Source: Malacoraja senta
Taxonomy: Eukaryota
Assembly: GCA_038087875.1 (NCBI GenBank)
Contig: CM075977.1
Coordinates: 40,548,001 to 40,612,000, forward strand
Direction: 5' to 3'
Length of the DNA: 64,000 bases
Shown piece after piece: positions 27,371 through 40,299 of the stretch. How positions within the stretch are numbered: position 1 is the first letter of the stretch; the number at the start of each line of letters is the position of its first letter. The notes under the pieces were generated by a model that was not told the origin of the DNA, did not search any database, and saw only the letters and a list, made by a program, of their open reading frames with translations. Both the position numbers and the translations under genes were made by a program.

Positions 27371-27499
27371 AGGGGAGCGTAGTGGTTTTTGTCCAATTCC
27401 GATCAGTAAACATATCTTGCCATCTAGTGGCTGGAGCTGGTATTGCAGAACGACCCTGGCCTGTCCCAGGCAACATTCAGTACCGCGATGAAATGGCAA

Positions 27500-29390
27500 T
27501 AAGAATTATGATCATGTGATAGGAGAAAAACTAGGCCATTCGGCCCATCGTCCATTCCGCCATTCAATCACAGCTGAATCATCTCTCCCTCCCAACCCCA
27601 TTCTCCTGCCCTCTCCCCATACCCTCGGACACCTGTACTAATCAAGAAATTATGAGGAGTCGGCCTCTTGAGCCTGCTCAGCCAGCTACACGATCATAGA
27701 AACATAGAAAAATAGGTGCAGGAGTAGGCCATTCGGCCCTTCGAGCCAACACCACCATTCAATATAATCATGGCTGATCATCTAAAATCAGTACCCCGTC
27801 CCTGTTTGTCACGCATATCCCTTGATTCCTTTAGCCCTAAGAGTTAAATCTAACTCTCACTTGAAAACATCCAGTGAATTGGCCTCCACTGCCTGTGGCA
27901 GAGAATTCCACAGATTCACAACTCTCTGGGTGAAGAAGTTTTTCCTCATCTCAGTCTGCTATTGGCTGCTATTTGTATACATTGTGTATGCAAGCAAAGA
28001 ATCTCTGGGCTTAGTCATATGTGATAATAAAGTATTCCTATTCCTATTCCTAAACTGTGATCCCTGGTTCTGGACTCCCCCAACATCGGGAACATTTTCC
28101 TGTATCTAGTCTGTCCAATCCTTTAAGGATTTTATATGTTCAAGAAACATAGAAAATCGGTGCAGGAGGAGACCATTCGGCCCTTCGAGCCAGCACTGAC
28201 ATTCATTGTGATCATGGCTGATCGTCCCCTATCAATAACCCGTGCCTGCCTTCTCCCCATATCCCTTGATACCACTAGCCCCTAGAGCTCTATCTAACTC
28301 TCTTAAATCCATCCAGTGATTTGGCCTCCACTGCCCTCTGTGGCAGGGATTTCCATAAATTCACAACTCTCTGGGTGAAAACGTTTTATCTCACCTCAGT
28401 CTTAAATGACCTCCCCTTTATTCTAAGACTGTGGCCCCTGGTTCTGCTCGCCCAACATTGGGAACATTTTTCCTGCATCTAGCTTGTCCAGTCCTTTTAT
28501 AATTTTATATGTTTCTATAAGATCCCCCCTCATCCTTCTAAACCGCAGTGAATACACGCCATGTCTTTTCAATCTTTCCTCATATGACAGTCCCGCCATC
28601 CCAGGGATCAATCTCGTGAACCTACGCTGCACTGCCTCAATCTCAAGGATGTCCTTCCTCAAATTAGGAGACCAAAACTAGAAGAACCCCTCTCATCCTA
28701 AATTCCAGTGAATTAGCACGAGAGATACCCCCCTCCCCGGCCCCCAAGTGACGGATTGTTCATACTTGCTCTAGACAGCCCTGCACTGTGCTCACAGTGA
28801 TAAAGTGTGGAAACAGGCCCTTCATCCCAACTTGCCCACACTGGCCAACATGTCCCAGCTGCACTTGGCCCACCTGCCCATGTTTGGTCCATATTCCTCC
28901 AAACCTGTCTAACGATTTCTTAAATGTTGCGATAGTCCCTGCCTCAACTACTTCCTCTGGCAGCTTGTTCCATACACCCACCACCCATTGTGTGGAAAAA
29001 GTTACCCCTCAGATTCCTATTAAATCTTCACCTTCATCTTAAACCTATGTCCTCTAGTCCTCAGTCACCTACTTTGGGCAAGAGACTGTGTATCTACCCG
29101 ATCTATTCCTCTCATGATTTTACACACCTCAATAGGATTACCCCTCATCCTCCTGCGCTCCAAGGAATAGAGTTCCAGCCTACTCAACCTCTCCCTATTG
29201 CTCAGACCCTATAGCCCCGCCAATATCCGTGTAAATATTCTCTGAACCCTTTCCAGCTTGACAACATCTTTCCTATAACATGGTGCCCAGAACTGAACAC
29301 AACACTATAAACGCGGCCTCACCAACGTCTTATACAACTGCACCATAACCTCTCAATTTCCATACAATACTCTGACTGTATAAGGCCAAT
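27500..29390 (-). mobile_element. Cluster of stacked CR1 3' fragments
   Basis: Repeated 3'UTR starts (taggccattcggcc at ~27530, ~27725 and ~28170) and ORF2 C-terminal remnants at 28423-28662 and 28760-29390. Confidence 0.85.
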
Positions 29391-31884
29391 GCGTCATAAC
29401 TGTTCGATACACAGCTCCCCACGAAGAGGGCGGAGTGAGGGGATTAGCGATTATTCAAAGGCTAGCTTCACGGTCAGTGTAAAAAAAAAATCTTCTCAGA
29501 ATACATGATCACAGATATTAATCAGACAAAATGCATTCAATATGTCAGTGTTATTAGAGACAATTTACAATTGAAATCACAAATTTAAATGAACTGTCAA
29601 CACTATTTTCCTTCACTCATAGATTGAAAACCGATGTCTTTGATGAGGCCAGCATGTATTATCCATCCACCATCATCGTTGAGACGGTGCTGGCGAGTCG
29701 TCTTTTAACCCGCTGCAGTCCCGCTGATGAAGGTGTTCCCACGTTATTGTTAGGTTGTTCCCGAATTCAACCCGAGCAACGATGAACGATGGGTTATAAA
29801 TACAATATTCCAAATCTGGACGTTAAGTAACTGGGAGCACAATTTGCAACGTTGGTGTTCCTCTTGTGCCCCCCACTTTTTTTTCCCGGTGGCAGAGGTC
29901 ACGGGGTTTGAAGACTCTGCAGGGATAGAGTTCATTTGTATATTTTTGCAGCCACTGTGAGCCTTTGGAGGGAGCGAAAATTTAGGATGGTCGATCAAAT
30001 GGCAGTGCAGTGGACTGTTTTGTCTTGCCTGGGTGTGAAGCTTTTGAGAATTCTTGAATCGGCACTCAATTAGGCAAGTAGAGGGTATTCCAAGGCATTT
30101 GAGGGTCTAGGGTCCCATTTCTGTGTTGTACAACTCTAGGTTCAGATTTGGGGTTAGGTTTATTACTGTCACGTGTACCGAAGTACAGTGAAAAGCTTTG
30201 TTCTGCAGGCTACCCAAACAGTTCACATATATCGTTTTCACACCTTACTCAAATGGAAATTAGCATTTTTATAAATAATTTTTAGACATACATCGTGGAA
30301 CAGACCCTATGGCCCAACGAGTCCGTGCTGACCCGTATACTACTTCTATCTTACACACTAGGAACACTTTTTAGAGAAGCCAATTAACCTACAAACCTGC
30401 ACGTCTTTGGAAAGTGGGAATAAATCCGAGTACCCGGAGAAAACACATGCGGCCACAGGGTACAATCGGTTATTTATGACAACCACAACCATTTTACTTT
30501 GTGCAAGATAGGACTGTAACCTCTGGACCCTTTGATGCCCACAGACCAGTTTCACCTTGATGCCTTCATCAGCTCAAATACTGACTGCTGGAGGAACCTG
30601 GCGGTTAGGTGGAGGCAGATGGACACTCGACGTGATCCTTTCACAGTCTATATTCTCTCCACAGATTTGCCTGGCCCGCTGACAGCATGTGTAATCGTTT
30701 ATGCCTCTTTGCGAAATGTTGCCAGGGAGATAGCTCCAGGATTGTGAACCTGTGACAATGGAGGGTCTCGACCCGAAACGTCACCTATTCCTTTTTCTCC
30801 TGAGTTGCTGTCTGACCCGCTGAGTTACTCCAGCCTTTTGTGTCAATGAAGGAAATGTGTTTTATTTACAGTGCAGTAATTCCCGTCCGTTTCCAGTTCT
30901 TCCCCTAAAGTTTCCGAGTGCACTGATGCAAAAATATTTCTGGTGATCTCACAAAAGACACAGACTATGTTTGGAATACAATAGGCTAGGCAGCATCTAT
31001 GGAGATAAATGGAGTTAATGCTTCAGACCTTTTCTTAGGCGCACTTAACCCCGAACTGTGAATTAAGCTGCAGTAAGGTTTTCATGAATTTCACCAAGGA
31101 AAATGGAAATTAGGTTTTGCAGAATACCCTATATCGGGCTGTTTTTTTTAACATCCAGCAGATACCGTGGAAAATAAGATGAACGCAAATATGAGCTGGT
31201 TAATGGTGTCAATTTATGTCAATGGATTAGTCTGGATTAATGGGTTAGATTTCTTTACTCTTGACAGCTGGTAAAATTCTTGCAAGAGTCCTGCTAAACA
31301 GACTGATCACTCTCCTTGAGGGAAGCCTATTCCAGAAAATCAGTGTGGTTTCTGTAAATGGTGTGAAGCAATATACATGATCTTCATAGCAAGAGAATTC
31401 CAAGTGAAATGGCGAGAACAAACTGTAGTTTGCTCACCACCTTTTTAAATGGTTTTCGACACTTTGTGTTGTGAGGACCTAAAGAAGATCATAGCAAAGT
31501 ACGGCAGCCCCAAAATGACGCTCTCTGCAATGACACAGGACTGGTGCTGCTAGTTATAACCTAGGGGTCTTTAGCCAAAACCAAAATACGAGAATCCACT
31601 TTAAAAAAAAATGCTGATAACTGTGCTCTCAATGCAAACTCATATGCTGAAAAATAAATGCCCATTTTAGCAAGGCGAAACGCCCCAGGCGGCTCATGGT
31701 TGATCTCAAAATACAGTCAATCAGCTGACCAAAGTCGTGGTTTTAAAGGTGGGAGTGGCTCAGGTGGTGGGGAGATTTAAGAGGGCAGGTGATGGGAATG
31801 GAATTCTCGTGCCACGATACACACGGCTGAGGCTCATCCACCGTCTGTGAGAAAGCTAATATCTCTGTTGTGAAATTATTTCAA

Positions 31885-32355
31885 TAGACAATAGGTGTAG
31901 GAGTAGGCCATTCGACCCTTCGAGCCAGCACCGCTATTCAATGTGATCATGGCTGATCATCCCCAATCAGTACCCCGTTCCTGCCTTCTCCCCATATCCC
32001 CTGACTCCCCTATTTTTAAGAGCCCTATCTAGCTCTCTCTTGAAAGCATCCAGAGAACCTGCCTCCACCGCCCTCTGAGGCAGAGAATTCCACAGACTCA
32101 CAACTCTGTGAGAAAAAGTGTTTCCTTGTCTCCGTTCTAAATGGCTTACCCCTTATTCTTAATCTGCGGCCCCTGGTTCTGGTCTCCCCCAACATCGGGA
32201 ACATGTTTCCTGCCTCTAGCGTGTCCAAGCCCTTTACAATCCTATATGTTTCAATGCGATGCCCTCTCATCCTTCTAAACTCCAGAGTGTACAAGCCCAG
32301 CTGCTCCATTCTCTCAGCATATGACAGTCCCGCCATCCCGGGAATTAACCTTGTA
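31885..32355 (-). mobile_element. CR1 3' fragment immediately upstream of the TRGV1 promoter
   Basis: ORF 32025-32336 is a CR1 ORF2 C-terminus, with tail atagacaatagg. Confidence 0.9.
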
Positions 32356-32756
32356 ATTTCAATCGGCCATACATGGTCATTGTTGGCGTGAATCTTTGGC
32401 GTTGAGTAATTCGCAAGAAGGTGGATTGGGAGCCCATGGCTTTACTGGAAGAACCAATTAAGTTCTTGCACAGATTAATCGCTAACCAAGCGTTTGACGC
32501 ACCTCTTCTTCCGGGATCATGCGCGCCAATTGGAAACGGTTCACCTGCATTTCAGCAGCGTTGAGATCAAAAACGGAGTCAGCGGGCGCTGTTCGTTGTT
32601 AGTCAACAGTGCTAACCACGTCAGGGAGGAAATATTTCAACGTCTCTCGCAGTCGGTTTAAAGCCGACACATCTGGCGACAGCAGGAGTTATCCGTTTAA
32701 TTTCCACGAACCAGCCATTGCATCGAATCCACTCAGCTGAGCGGTAAAGCGGAGCC

Positions 32757-32805
32757 ATGCGTGCGGAGATGGCAGCGCCGTTGCTGCTCCTGGCCTTCTC
32801 CTTCT
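32757..32805 (+). CDS. TRGV: TCR gamma V segment 1, leader exon
   Basis: MRAEMAAPLLLLAFSF+T, with a phase-1 donor gtatgt and a 78-nt intron ending ttcaacag. An alternative ATG lies at 32769. Confidence 0.85.
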
Positions 32806-32883
32806 GTATGTAGTTCAGGTTTGGCTCATTTTAAGGTTCATGTTATGCAAAGGTCGGTAGTAACTGCGGTATTCATTCAACAG

Positions 32884-33199
32884 GCTGCTGCCATTCCCAG
32901 TCTCTACTCCAGCCCAAAGCATCCATCACCAGATCGAAAGGGAAGACGGCACGCTTTCGCTGCGTCATTAACATGAATGATTTCGACAAACTTGAGGTGC
33001 ATTGGTACCGAAACGCCGTGAGCGGAGGAGGCATTCGGCGCATCCTTTACATCAGCGTGAAATCCGATCCAGTCAGGGACCCGGGCTTCGGCGACAAATT
33101 CTTCGCTGAGAACTTGTCGAAGGAAAAGGCGAGCCTGTTGGATATCAGAGACATCGACGAGAGCGACGCGGGGGTCTACTACTGTGCTCATTGGAAGAG
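32884..33199 (+). CDS. TRGV: TCR gamma V segment 1, V exon (open frame)
   Basis: CCHSQSLLQPKASITRSKGKTARFRC...VHWYR...RRILYI...VRDPGFGDKF...DIDESDAGVYYCAHWK. It has both canonical Cys, the WY motif, DxGxYYC, the gamma-type CAxW end and RDPGF. An RSS follows directly. Confidence 0.93.
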
Positions 33200-33238
33200 C
33201 ACAGTGACACAACGCCGCGGGAGCCCAGATCAAATACT
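33200..33238 (+). promoter_or_regulatory. 23-RSS of TRGV segment 1
   Basis: Heptamer CACAGTG (33200-33206), 23-nt spacer, nonamer TCAAATACT (6/9 matches to ACAAAAACC). Confidence 0.85.
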
Positions 33239-33849
33239 CAGCGCCTAGATCAAATACGCAGCTTGCCACATTTGCTATGTTGTTACTGTCGCTCGAGTCA
33301 GGTTAAACCGGCTGTCCATTATTCCCGTCTCAATTGTTCAATCCAATTACCAATTCAGGTTCCAGAGATTTGAGAGGGAGAACCGCATGCCGCCGAGACG
33401 CTGTCGCATATTAACCCTGGAAACTGGGCAGAGGCCTAATAACACATGAACACGCTGGATAAACTGAGGATCCCGCAAATGGACGTCGCTCTTCATGCCA
33501 AGCCACCTTTGTGTCCTGGGGTACTACAGCCTATCTGTACTCTGTAGGCGCCGGAGGCATTACTCCCATCGATCTTGGCGCCTTGCGTCCGACTACTCCT
33601 GCTCCCTCTCGTTAACATTGTCTGCCGAGCCTTGGAGCGGGTTCCCGTCCCGCCGACTGACACGTTTTTGGACGAGGTCCCAATTCCGCCGACCGATGAG
33701 CGTTCAGACGAGTTCCCGCCGACCGCGAGTTCCCCTGACCGCGAGCCTTGGGTCGAGTTGCGACAAGCCTTGGGGCAGGTTCCTGGCCTCCTGCAGACGA
33801 GCCTTAGACACGCGTCGCGGCCGAGGCAGCTCGGGAGCGACAATTTTAT

Positions 33850-34812
33850 AGGGAGGTTGCACGCAGTCGAGGTCACGACCCGTGACCCGTACTGTTGCCA
33901 CGCAACGCCAACTGGAGTACACGCGATGAACTGCAGGTAAGCATTTACTATGGCTGCCAGCACAGCGGGCCCTTCCTCTGGCCCAGCATCCGGACTGGTT
34001 GCACACTCGCGGAACCCGGGCCGTCTATCCCCAAGCCCGCGGCCCCGCTCCACCCGGCCCCGCCTCAACTGGCCCCGCTCCACTCGGCCCCGCCTCAACC
34101 CGGCCCCGCCTCAACTGGCCCCGCTCCACCCGGCCCCGCTCCACCCGGCCCCGCTCCACCCGGCCCCGCTCCACCCGGCCCCGCTCCACCCGGCCCCGCT
34201 CCAGCCGGCCCCGCCTCACCCGGCCCCGTGTGTGGGCGCTGCCGACTCACAGCCCCTGACAGTGCGGCCCACAGGGGGAGACGAGGCGGAGGGCGGCCGT
34301 GGCCGGACAGCGCTGACCCCGGGGGGGTAGAGTGGGGGCTGTCCCGAGGGATGCGCTCCTTCGGCCGCTTACACCTTGGTGAGCGGGTTCAGAGCAAAGA
34401 TACTAGTGCATTTGGTTCAGAGCGCTCAGTCACCGAAAAAAATAACCCCACAATATTTTAATCAAATTGCTCTGACTTTGAGTTCGCTTTATATAGCGAA
34501 GGCTTATCAAGATGGTGCTGTCTCTCTGGACACGACAATGAATGCGGCTATTAGTCGCGGATTGTAAAAGATGCTACACCATGAGATAACACCAGTTTAA
34601 ACATGATACCTTCCCGCTTTCAATGACAGCACCCACAATTATTTACAGCGCAAAAATTGATCATTTCGGCGGTTTTTAACAGGAATGAAAGTACGCGTTT
34701 CATGTGTTAACAGTGTCTGCCGATGCCGCCATGTCCTCCACATGGATTGAGCTGCTCCGCGCGTCATGCCCTTTGACCCTTTGACCCGATGACCTTACGT
34801 GCAACCCCCCCT
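33850..34812 (-). mobile_element. Non-autonomous DNA transposon (MITE), ISL2EU/PIF-Harbinger-like, with a THAP remnant
   Basis: Imperfect TIRs AGGGAGGTTGCACG and CGTGCAACCCCCCCT, each flanked by AT (33848-33849 and 34813-34814). The minus strand at 34664 starts MINFCAVNNCG, a THAP-like CxxxxC start that stops after 14 codons. Confidence 0.7.
34040..34228. repeat. 15-bp GC-rich minisatellite (CCGGCCCCGCTCCAC)n, about 12 copies
   Basis: Directly visible tandem array inside the MITE. It produces the spurious GPAPP and RPRST ORFs. Confidence 0.95.
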
Positions 34813-35309
34813 ATAGAAGCCAATGAACCTTTGGAATATGAGAGGAAAACGGAGCACCTGGAGAAAACCTATGCGGCCACAGGGAGAATGAGCAAACTCC
34901 ATACATTACCCGTAGTTAGGATGAAACCCCGTTCTCTGACACTGTAATGTGGTGACTGCATCGCTACGCCACTGTGCCGCCCTGGTGTAAGGTTTGGTAG
35001 AGATGTTCTAGATCCCAAACAGATAATGCTGGAAACAATCAGCTGGCCAGGCTGTGACCAGGCTGTGGTACAAGGACCAGTAAAATATGTAGGTCTAAGG
35101 CCTAACTGGACATGAGAAAAAAAGCAAGTCCGTTATAAGTTCCGAGGGTAAGGAGGGCAAAGATGTTGAAATAAACATCGGCAGCAAAGTGTAAAGGGAA
35201 TGTCTCTGGTGACACAAGGTAAGGGTTGCCATATGATGAGGATATCTTGTCAGAAGTCACACCGGCACCACCGTTTCCTGTAGCTCCAAATGCACCACCG
35301 GATTTATGT

Positions 35310-35625
35310 TTAAGAAGGAACTGCAGATGCTGGAAAATCGAAAAATGCTGGAGAAACTCAGCGGGTGAGGCAGCATCTATGGAGCGAAGGAAATAGGCAA
35401 CGTTTCGGGTCGAAACCCTTCTTCAGACTGATGTAAGGGTGGGGGGGGGGGAGAAGAAAGGAAGAGGAGGACCCAGTGGGCTGAGGGAGAGTTGAGAAGG
35501 GGAGGTGAAAGTAGGGACTACCTGAAATTAGAGGAATCAATGTTCATACCACTGGGGTGCAAACTGCCCAAGCGAAATATGAGGTGCTGCTCCTCCAATT
35601 TACGGTGGTCCTCACTCTGGCCAGG
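35310..35625 (-). mobile_element. Penelope-like element 3' fragment (GIY-YIG C-terminus plus pLTR/hammerhead-like motif)
   Basis: The minus strand reads QSEDHRKLEEQHLIFRLGSLHPSGMNIDSSNFR*, followed by CTGAAGAAGGGTTTCGACCCGAAACGTTG. Confidence 0.85.
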
Positions 35626-38600
35626 GTCTGCAGTTCCTTCCGACAGAGCGACACCTGTCCGCGGGTAAAGGCGAGGCAGCGGGGAGACAGATGGGGAGAA
35701 GGATGGGAACAGATATGGAGAGAGAGGAACTTGCTATCGCGGCTTCACTACAGGTCCTGGACACCCCATCTCCGCAAGAATTCCCCGGCGCTAGGACAAT
35801 CCTTCCACCCTCCCATCCCTCCACCCATCCCCCCACCCATGCCCCCACCCCAGACTGGAGGGAGGGACTGGGGGACATTGCCCGCCTCTGCAACTGATGT
35901 GCAAACCCCGGCACACCCTGCGGAATGTTAAACTAAACACATCTGTATCTCCCCCTGTCTCCCACTCCCACATATGCCCCCTCTCTCTCGCTGTTACACC
36001 CCCCTCTCCCACTACCTGGCACCCCCATTCACATTTTTTTTCTCGAATGACTTTGACAAATCCCATGATTCCTTGCATTTTTCGGAATACCGAACTCGCT
36101 TATTAAACAAGCTCGCATATCTTTAGGACGTGGAAGGAAACCGGAACACCCGGAGGAAACCCATGCAGTCACTGGGAGACTGTGCAAACTCCACACAGGA
36201 GTTGAACCCGGGTCTGTGGCATCTTGAGGCTGCAGCTTTATCAGCTGCACCGTTTGTTTGTGGTCTTTCTCTAATTGCTATCATTAATCTATGAACCACG
36301 TATTTGTCAACAGTTTGTCCACACAGCAACTCCTCTGGTGGGGAAATGATTTATCACCCAGTATGTGGTTGGAATCCAGAAGGCGCTGGCAGTGTGTGTT
36401 TGTGGTGGGGCGGGTTCCACTGTGGCCTTTGAGAGGGAATTGGATCAAAACATGTTGCTGTTAAAATTTGCAAAAATACAAAGAGGCCAGGTGGAACCAG
36501 CTACCACCTCTGATGGATAATTGGCACAGACAAGATGGGTCAAATAGCTGCATTCTGTGCTATAACTATTCTATAATTCTGTCAGAGATATTCTCTTTGT
36601 CCTTTCCCTCCCTTTCCCAGTCTCACTGCAGTTTAACTTGTTCTCTCAACTTCTTAGTTCTGAAGAAGTGTCTGACTTGAAACATAACTGTTTGTTCCCT
36701 TTCCACAGATGCGGTCTGAACCATTGACTGTTTCTAGCATTTTCAGTTTTGGTTTCAGGTTTCCAACATTTGCATTTTTCTTTGATCATTTTTTCATCGA
36801 GAACTAGTCTGAACCGGTGATCGACGGTTGGTGTGGACTCAGTGAGCCGAAGGTCCTGTTTCCATGCTGTGTCTTTAAATTCAATCAGTCATGACACATT
36901 TAATCATGGAGGGCTCAAGGATCAGGGCACAAATTTAATATTTACGAAAAGATTTACGAGGATGTTCCACCTGAGGGCATGAGCTGAGGGCATGAGCTAT
37001 ATGGAAAGGATGGGCAGACCAGGACTTTAATCCTTGTAGCACAGGAGGCTGAGGGGTGATCTTTTAAATGTGTATAAGATCTTGAGGGGATTGGATGGGG
37101 TGAAAGCACAGAGTATTTTACCCAAAGTAGGGGAAGTCAAGAACCGGGGGACATAGGATTAAGGGGAGAGGGGGAAGATTTAATAGGAATCTGGGGGCAA
37201 CATTTTCCACACAGATGATGGTGGGTATCCAGAAGGAGCTGTCAGAGGCGATAGTTAAGGTAGGTACTACAACAAAATTTAAAAAGTCAGGTTGGATAGG
37301 TACACAGACAGGAAAACTTTAGAGGGATATTGGCCAAACGTGGGCAGGTGGGACTGGTGTAGATGGGGCATCTTGGTCGGCAGGGGCAAGTTGGGCTGAA
37401 GGGCCTGTTTCCATGCCGTTTCAATCTCTGACTATTTAGGCAAAAGATAGAATAGGAATGTCAGGGACAAACATATATATTTACACAGAGCATCGTTATG
37501 TTCTAAGATTTACTGCCTATGTGGGTGGTAGAAATGTTAGTCAACGCTTTCTCAATCAATTTCTAGGTTTCAGATTTCTAGCATTCACAGTGTTTTTTAA
37601 TCTTTAAAAAGGGAATTGGATGGGTACCTGACCCATGGATCTTGGCCCAGGCCGGGGGCCAATTTAGTTCAACTTTATCTGAGAAGGTTAATGAAATTTT
37701 GAAAATAAGTGATTTTTCAAAATATGTCGTGAAAAATTAAAAAATCTGCACACTGAAAATCTGAAATAAAAATAGGAAATGCTGGCAATACTCAGCATTT
37801 CAGGCAGCACCCCTGGAGTGAGAAACAGTTAACCTTTTGAGTTAAAACCTTCATCAGGAGTGGGGAAAAGAGAAACAAGTGCTTCAGATCCAGTGACCAT
37901 GTAAACAATAAATTACATTTATGTAGGCCCACAATGTAGAGGACTCCGATCGGGGCTTTCACAGGAATTCAACTTAAAATACCAGAACATGCAGGTTTAA
38001 AACAAGTGCGGAGGAATGAAGTGCAGATGCTGGTTTACACCGAAGATAATCATAAAATACTGCAGTAATTCAGCGGATCAGGCAGCATCTCTGGATAAAG
38101 AAATAGGTAATGTTTTTGGGTCGAGATCCTTCTTCAGACTGAAGCTGTGCTGAACTACTATCTATTTCATTGGTGACCCTCAAACTATCCTTGATCGGAT
38201 TTTTCTGGCTTTACCTGGCACTAAACGTTATTCCCTTATCATGTATCTACACACTGTAAATGGCCATTGTAATCATGTATTATCTTTCCGCTGACAGAAT
38301 AGCACGCAACAAAAGCTTTTCACTGCATCTCAGTACATGTGACAATAAACAAAATTAAACTGAACTGCCCCAAAAGGTCATCTATTCCTTTTCTCCTGAG
38401 ATGCTGCCTGGCCGGCTGAGTTACTCTAACATTTCTTAGGCTTTCTCATACACCCCCTCAGTCCCCTCATTACTTAGGCTCCTCCTCCCCTTTCCTGGTT
38501 CCAACCACATACTCCCATGCACAGGGTCCCCTCATCATCTAGTTCCATCTGTTTTTCACCTCTCCCCATTATCACCTTCTTTGCTTATCAGTTTCCAATT

Positions 38601-39519
38601 TCCAGTCTTTGTGTGGTTGCTTGTCACCCTCTGGCCTCTGTCTTCAGATTCACCCTCCTCTCCCTCCACTTGGCTCCATCCATCCTCTTTCTCATTGCCT
38701 GTATCCACGCATGTCTGTCTCCCAACTTAACCCCTCAACCCATCCCCCTCCCCATATGGTTTCATCTTCCGTCAAAGGTCTCCCATCCTCAGGCTACTTA
38801 TTACCCACTGGTCCACACCTCGCCTTTCCCCTTCCTCTTCTACCGTCTCTCTCAGTCCTGCTGCAGGTTCGCCACGCGAAAAGTTGTCCCCCTCCCCTCC
38901 CCTAAATGCTGCTCATCACAGTTCCACCAGCAATTAATAGTTGCAGAGGGAAGTGAATCTCTGGAACTCTCCTTCCATTTAGAGGTAGACACAATTTTGA
39001 AAGAAATATTTGAAAAAAAAAGCAGACAGGTATTGCTCCAGATTCCAGCATCTGTAGTCTTTTGTGTCCAAGTGGAGCCTTTGCGTCTACTACCCCCCCC
39101 CCACCCCCCCTTATGTGAAAATGACATAAACGTTCTCGCAGTTATTGAATATCGAAAGGGTTAAAATGTGAAGGAACTACAGTTGCTGGTTTACACTGAA
39201 GATATATACAGAACTAGTCTAAGTGGGACCCGTTGGGTCCCATGTTCACATGGGAGGGCTGGTCCCCCGACGCAATATTCCACCTCTCCACCAATTCCAA
39301 TATTAGTGGCCAGTGGGGGCGGGGGGGGGGGGCTTTCTGGAGTGCTGGTATGGGTATTGTTGGCTGCAGGGACTACTGGTCTCCAGAGGGCTAGTATGGA
39401 CATTGTGGGCCAAATGGATTCTTGGGGTGGCAGCTCAGTCCCTCACGCCTGATGTGCTGGCAGCTCACTCACGGCTGGTGGGCTGGCAGTTGACTCACGG
39501 CTATTCCTTGAAATTCCAT

Positions 39520-39910
39520 TTCAAGCAGAGTGCAAGGCCACCAAATTCAAATCCATTTTCCTACCATTTCAAGCAGGGTGCAAGGCCACCAAATTCAAGT
39601 GCAGTTTCTTACCTCTTCGAGCAGGGTGCAAGGCCACACAATTCAAGTGCAGTTTCATACCACTTCAAGAAGGGTGCAAGGCCACCAAATTCAAGTGCAG
39701 TTTCCAACTACTTCAAGCAGGGTGCAAGGCCACCAAATTCAAGTGCACTTTCATACCATTTCAAGAAGGGTGCAAGGCTACCAAATTCAAATGCAGTTTC
39801 ATACCATTTCATGCAGGGTGCAACGACACCACATTCAAATGCAGTTTCGTACCATTTCATGCAGGGTGCAAGGCCAACACATTCAAATGCAGTTTCATAC
39901 TATTTCAAGC
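39520..39910. repeat. 48-bp minisatellite, about 8 copies
   Basis: Unit ~TTCAAGCAGGGTGCAAGGCCACCAAATTCAAGTGCAGTTTCATACCAT. It translates as the 16-aa repeat FKQGARPPNSSAVSYH in the spurious ORF. Confidence 0.95.
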
Positions 39911-40299
39911 AGGGTGAAACCACCATAAAAACCACCATAAAACCACACAAAACACCACACTCACAGTTCAGTAGACATTCAGTGTGTTCAGTTGATTCAC
40001 AGCTCAGACAGAGTCGTGACCTCTCCCTCCCCCATCATGCAGAGACTGACCCACACCCACACTTCCGGGTTTTATAATCGCTACCCCTCCCACCGGAAAA
40101 GGTGTGGCCTTCATGGCGTGTTTGACAGGAGAGAGATTCTCAACATTTTTAAAACACTAATAACACTTTTGTTTTTCATTGATGGGAAGAATCCTCTACA
40201 CCCGATGAGCGGAGGGGAACTAAGATGGCCAAAAATCACAGCCATAAGTGGTAGCGTTTTATCTAAAATCAATATAGTGCAAACAGGAAGTTGTCAAGT

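Noticed and set aside
26827-27499. Three 150-210-aa minus-strand Pro/Ser/Leu-rich ORFs
   Set aside because: They are products of a low-complexity purine tract that lacks stop codons.
33493-34461. Several long Pro/Arg/Gly-rich ORFs (collagen-like GPAPP repeats)
   Set aside because: They arise from translating the 15-bp minisatellite and GC-rich MITE in multiple frames, with no splice context or domain.
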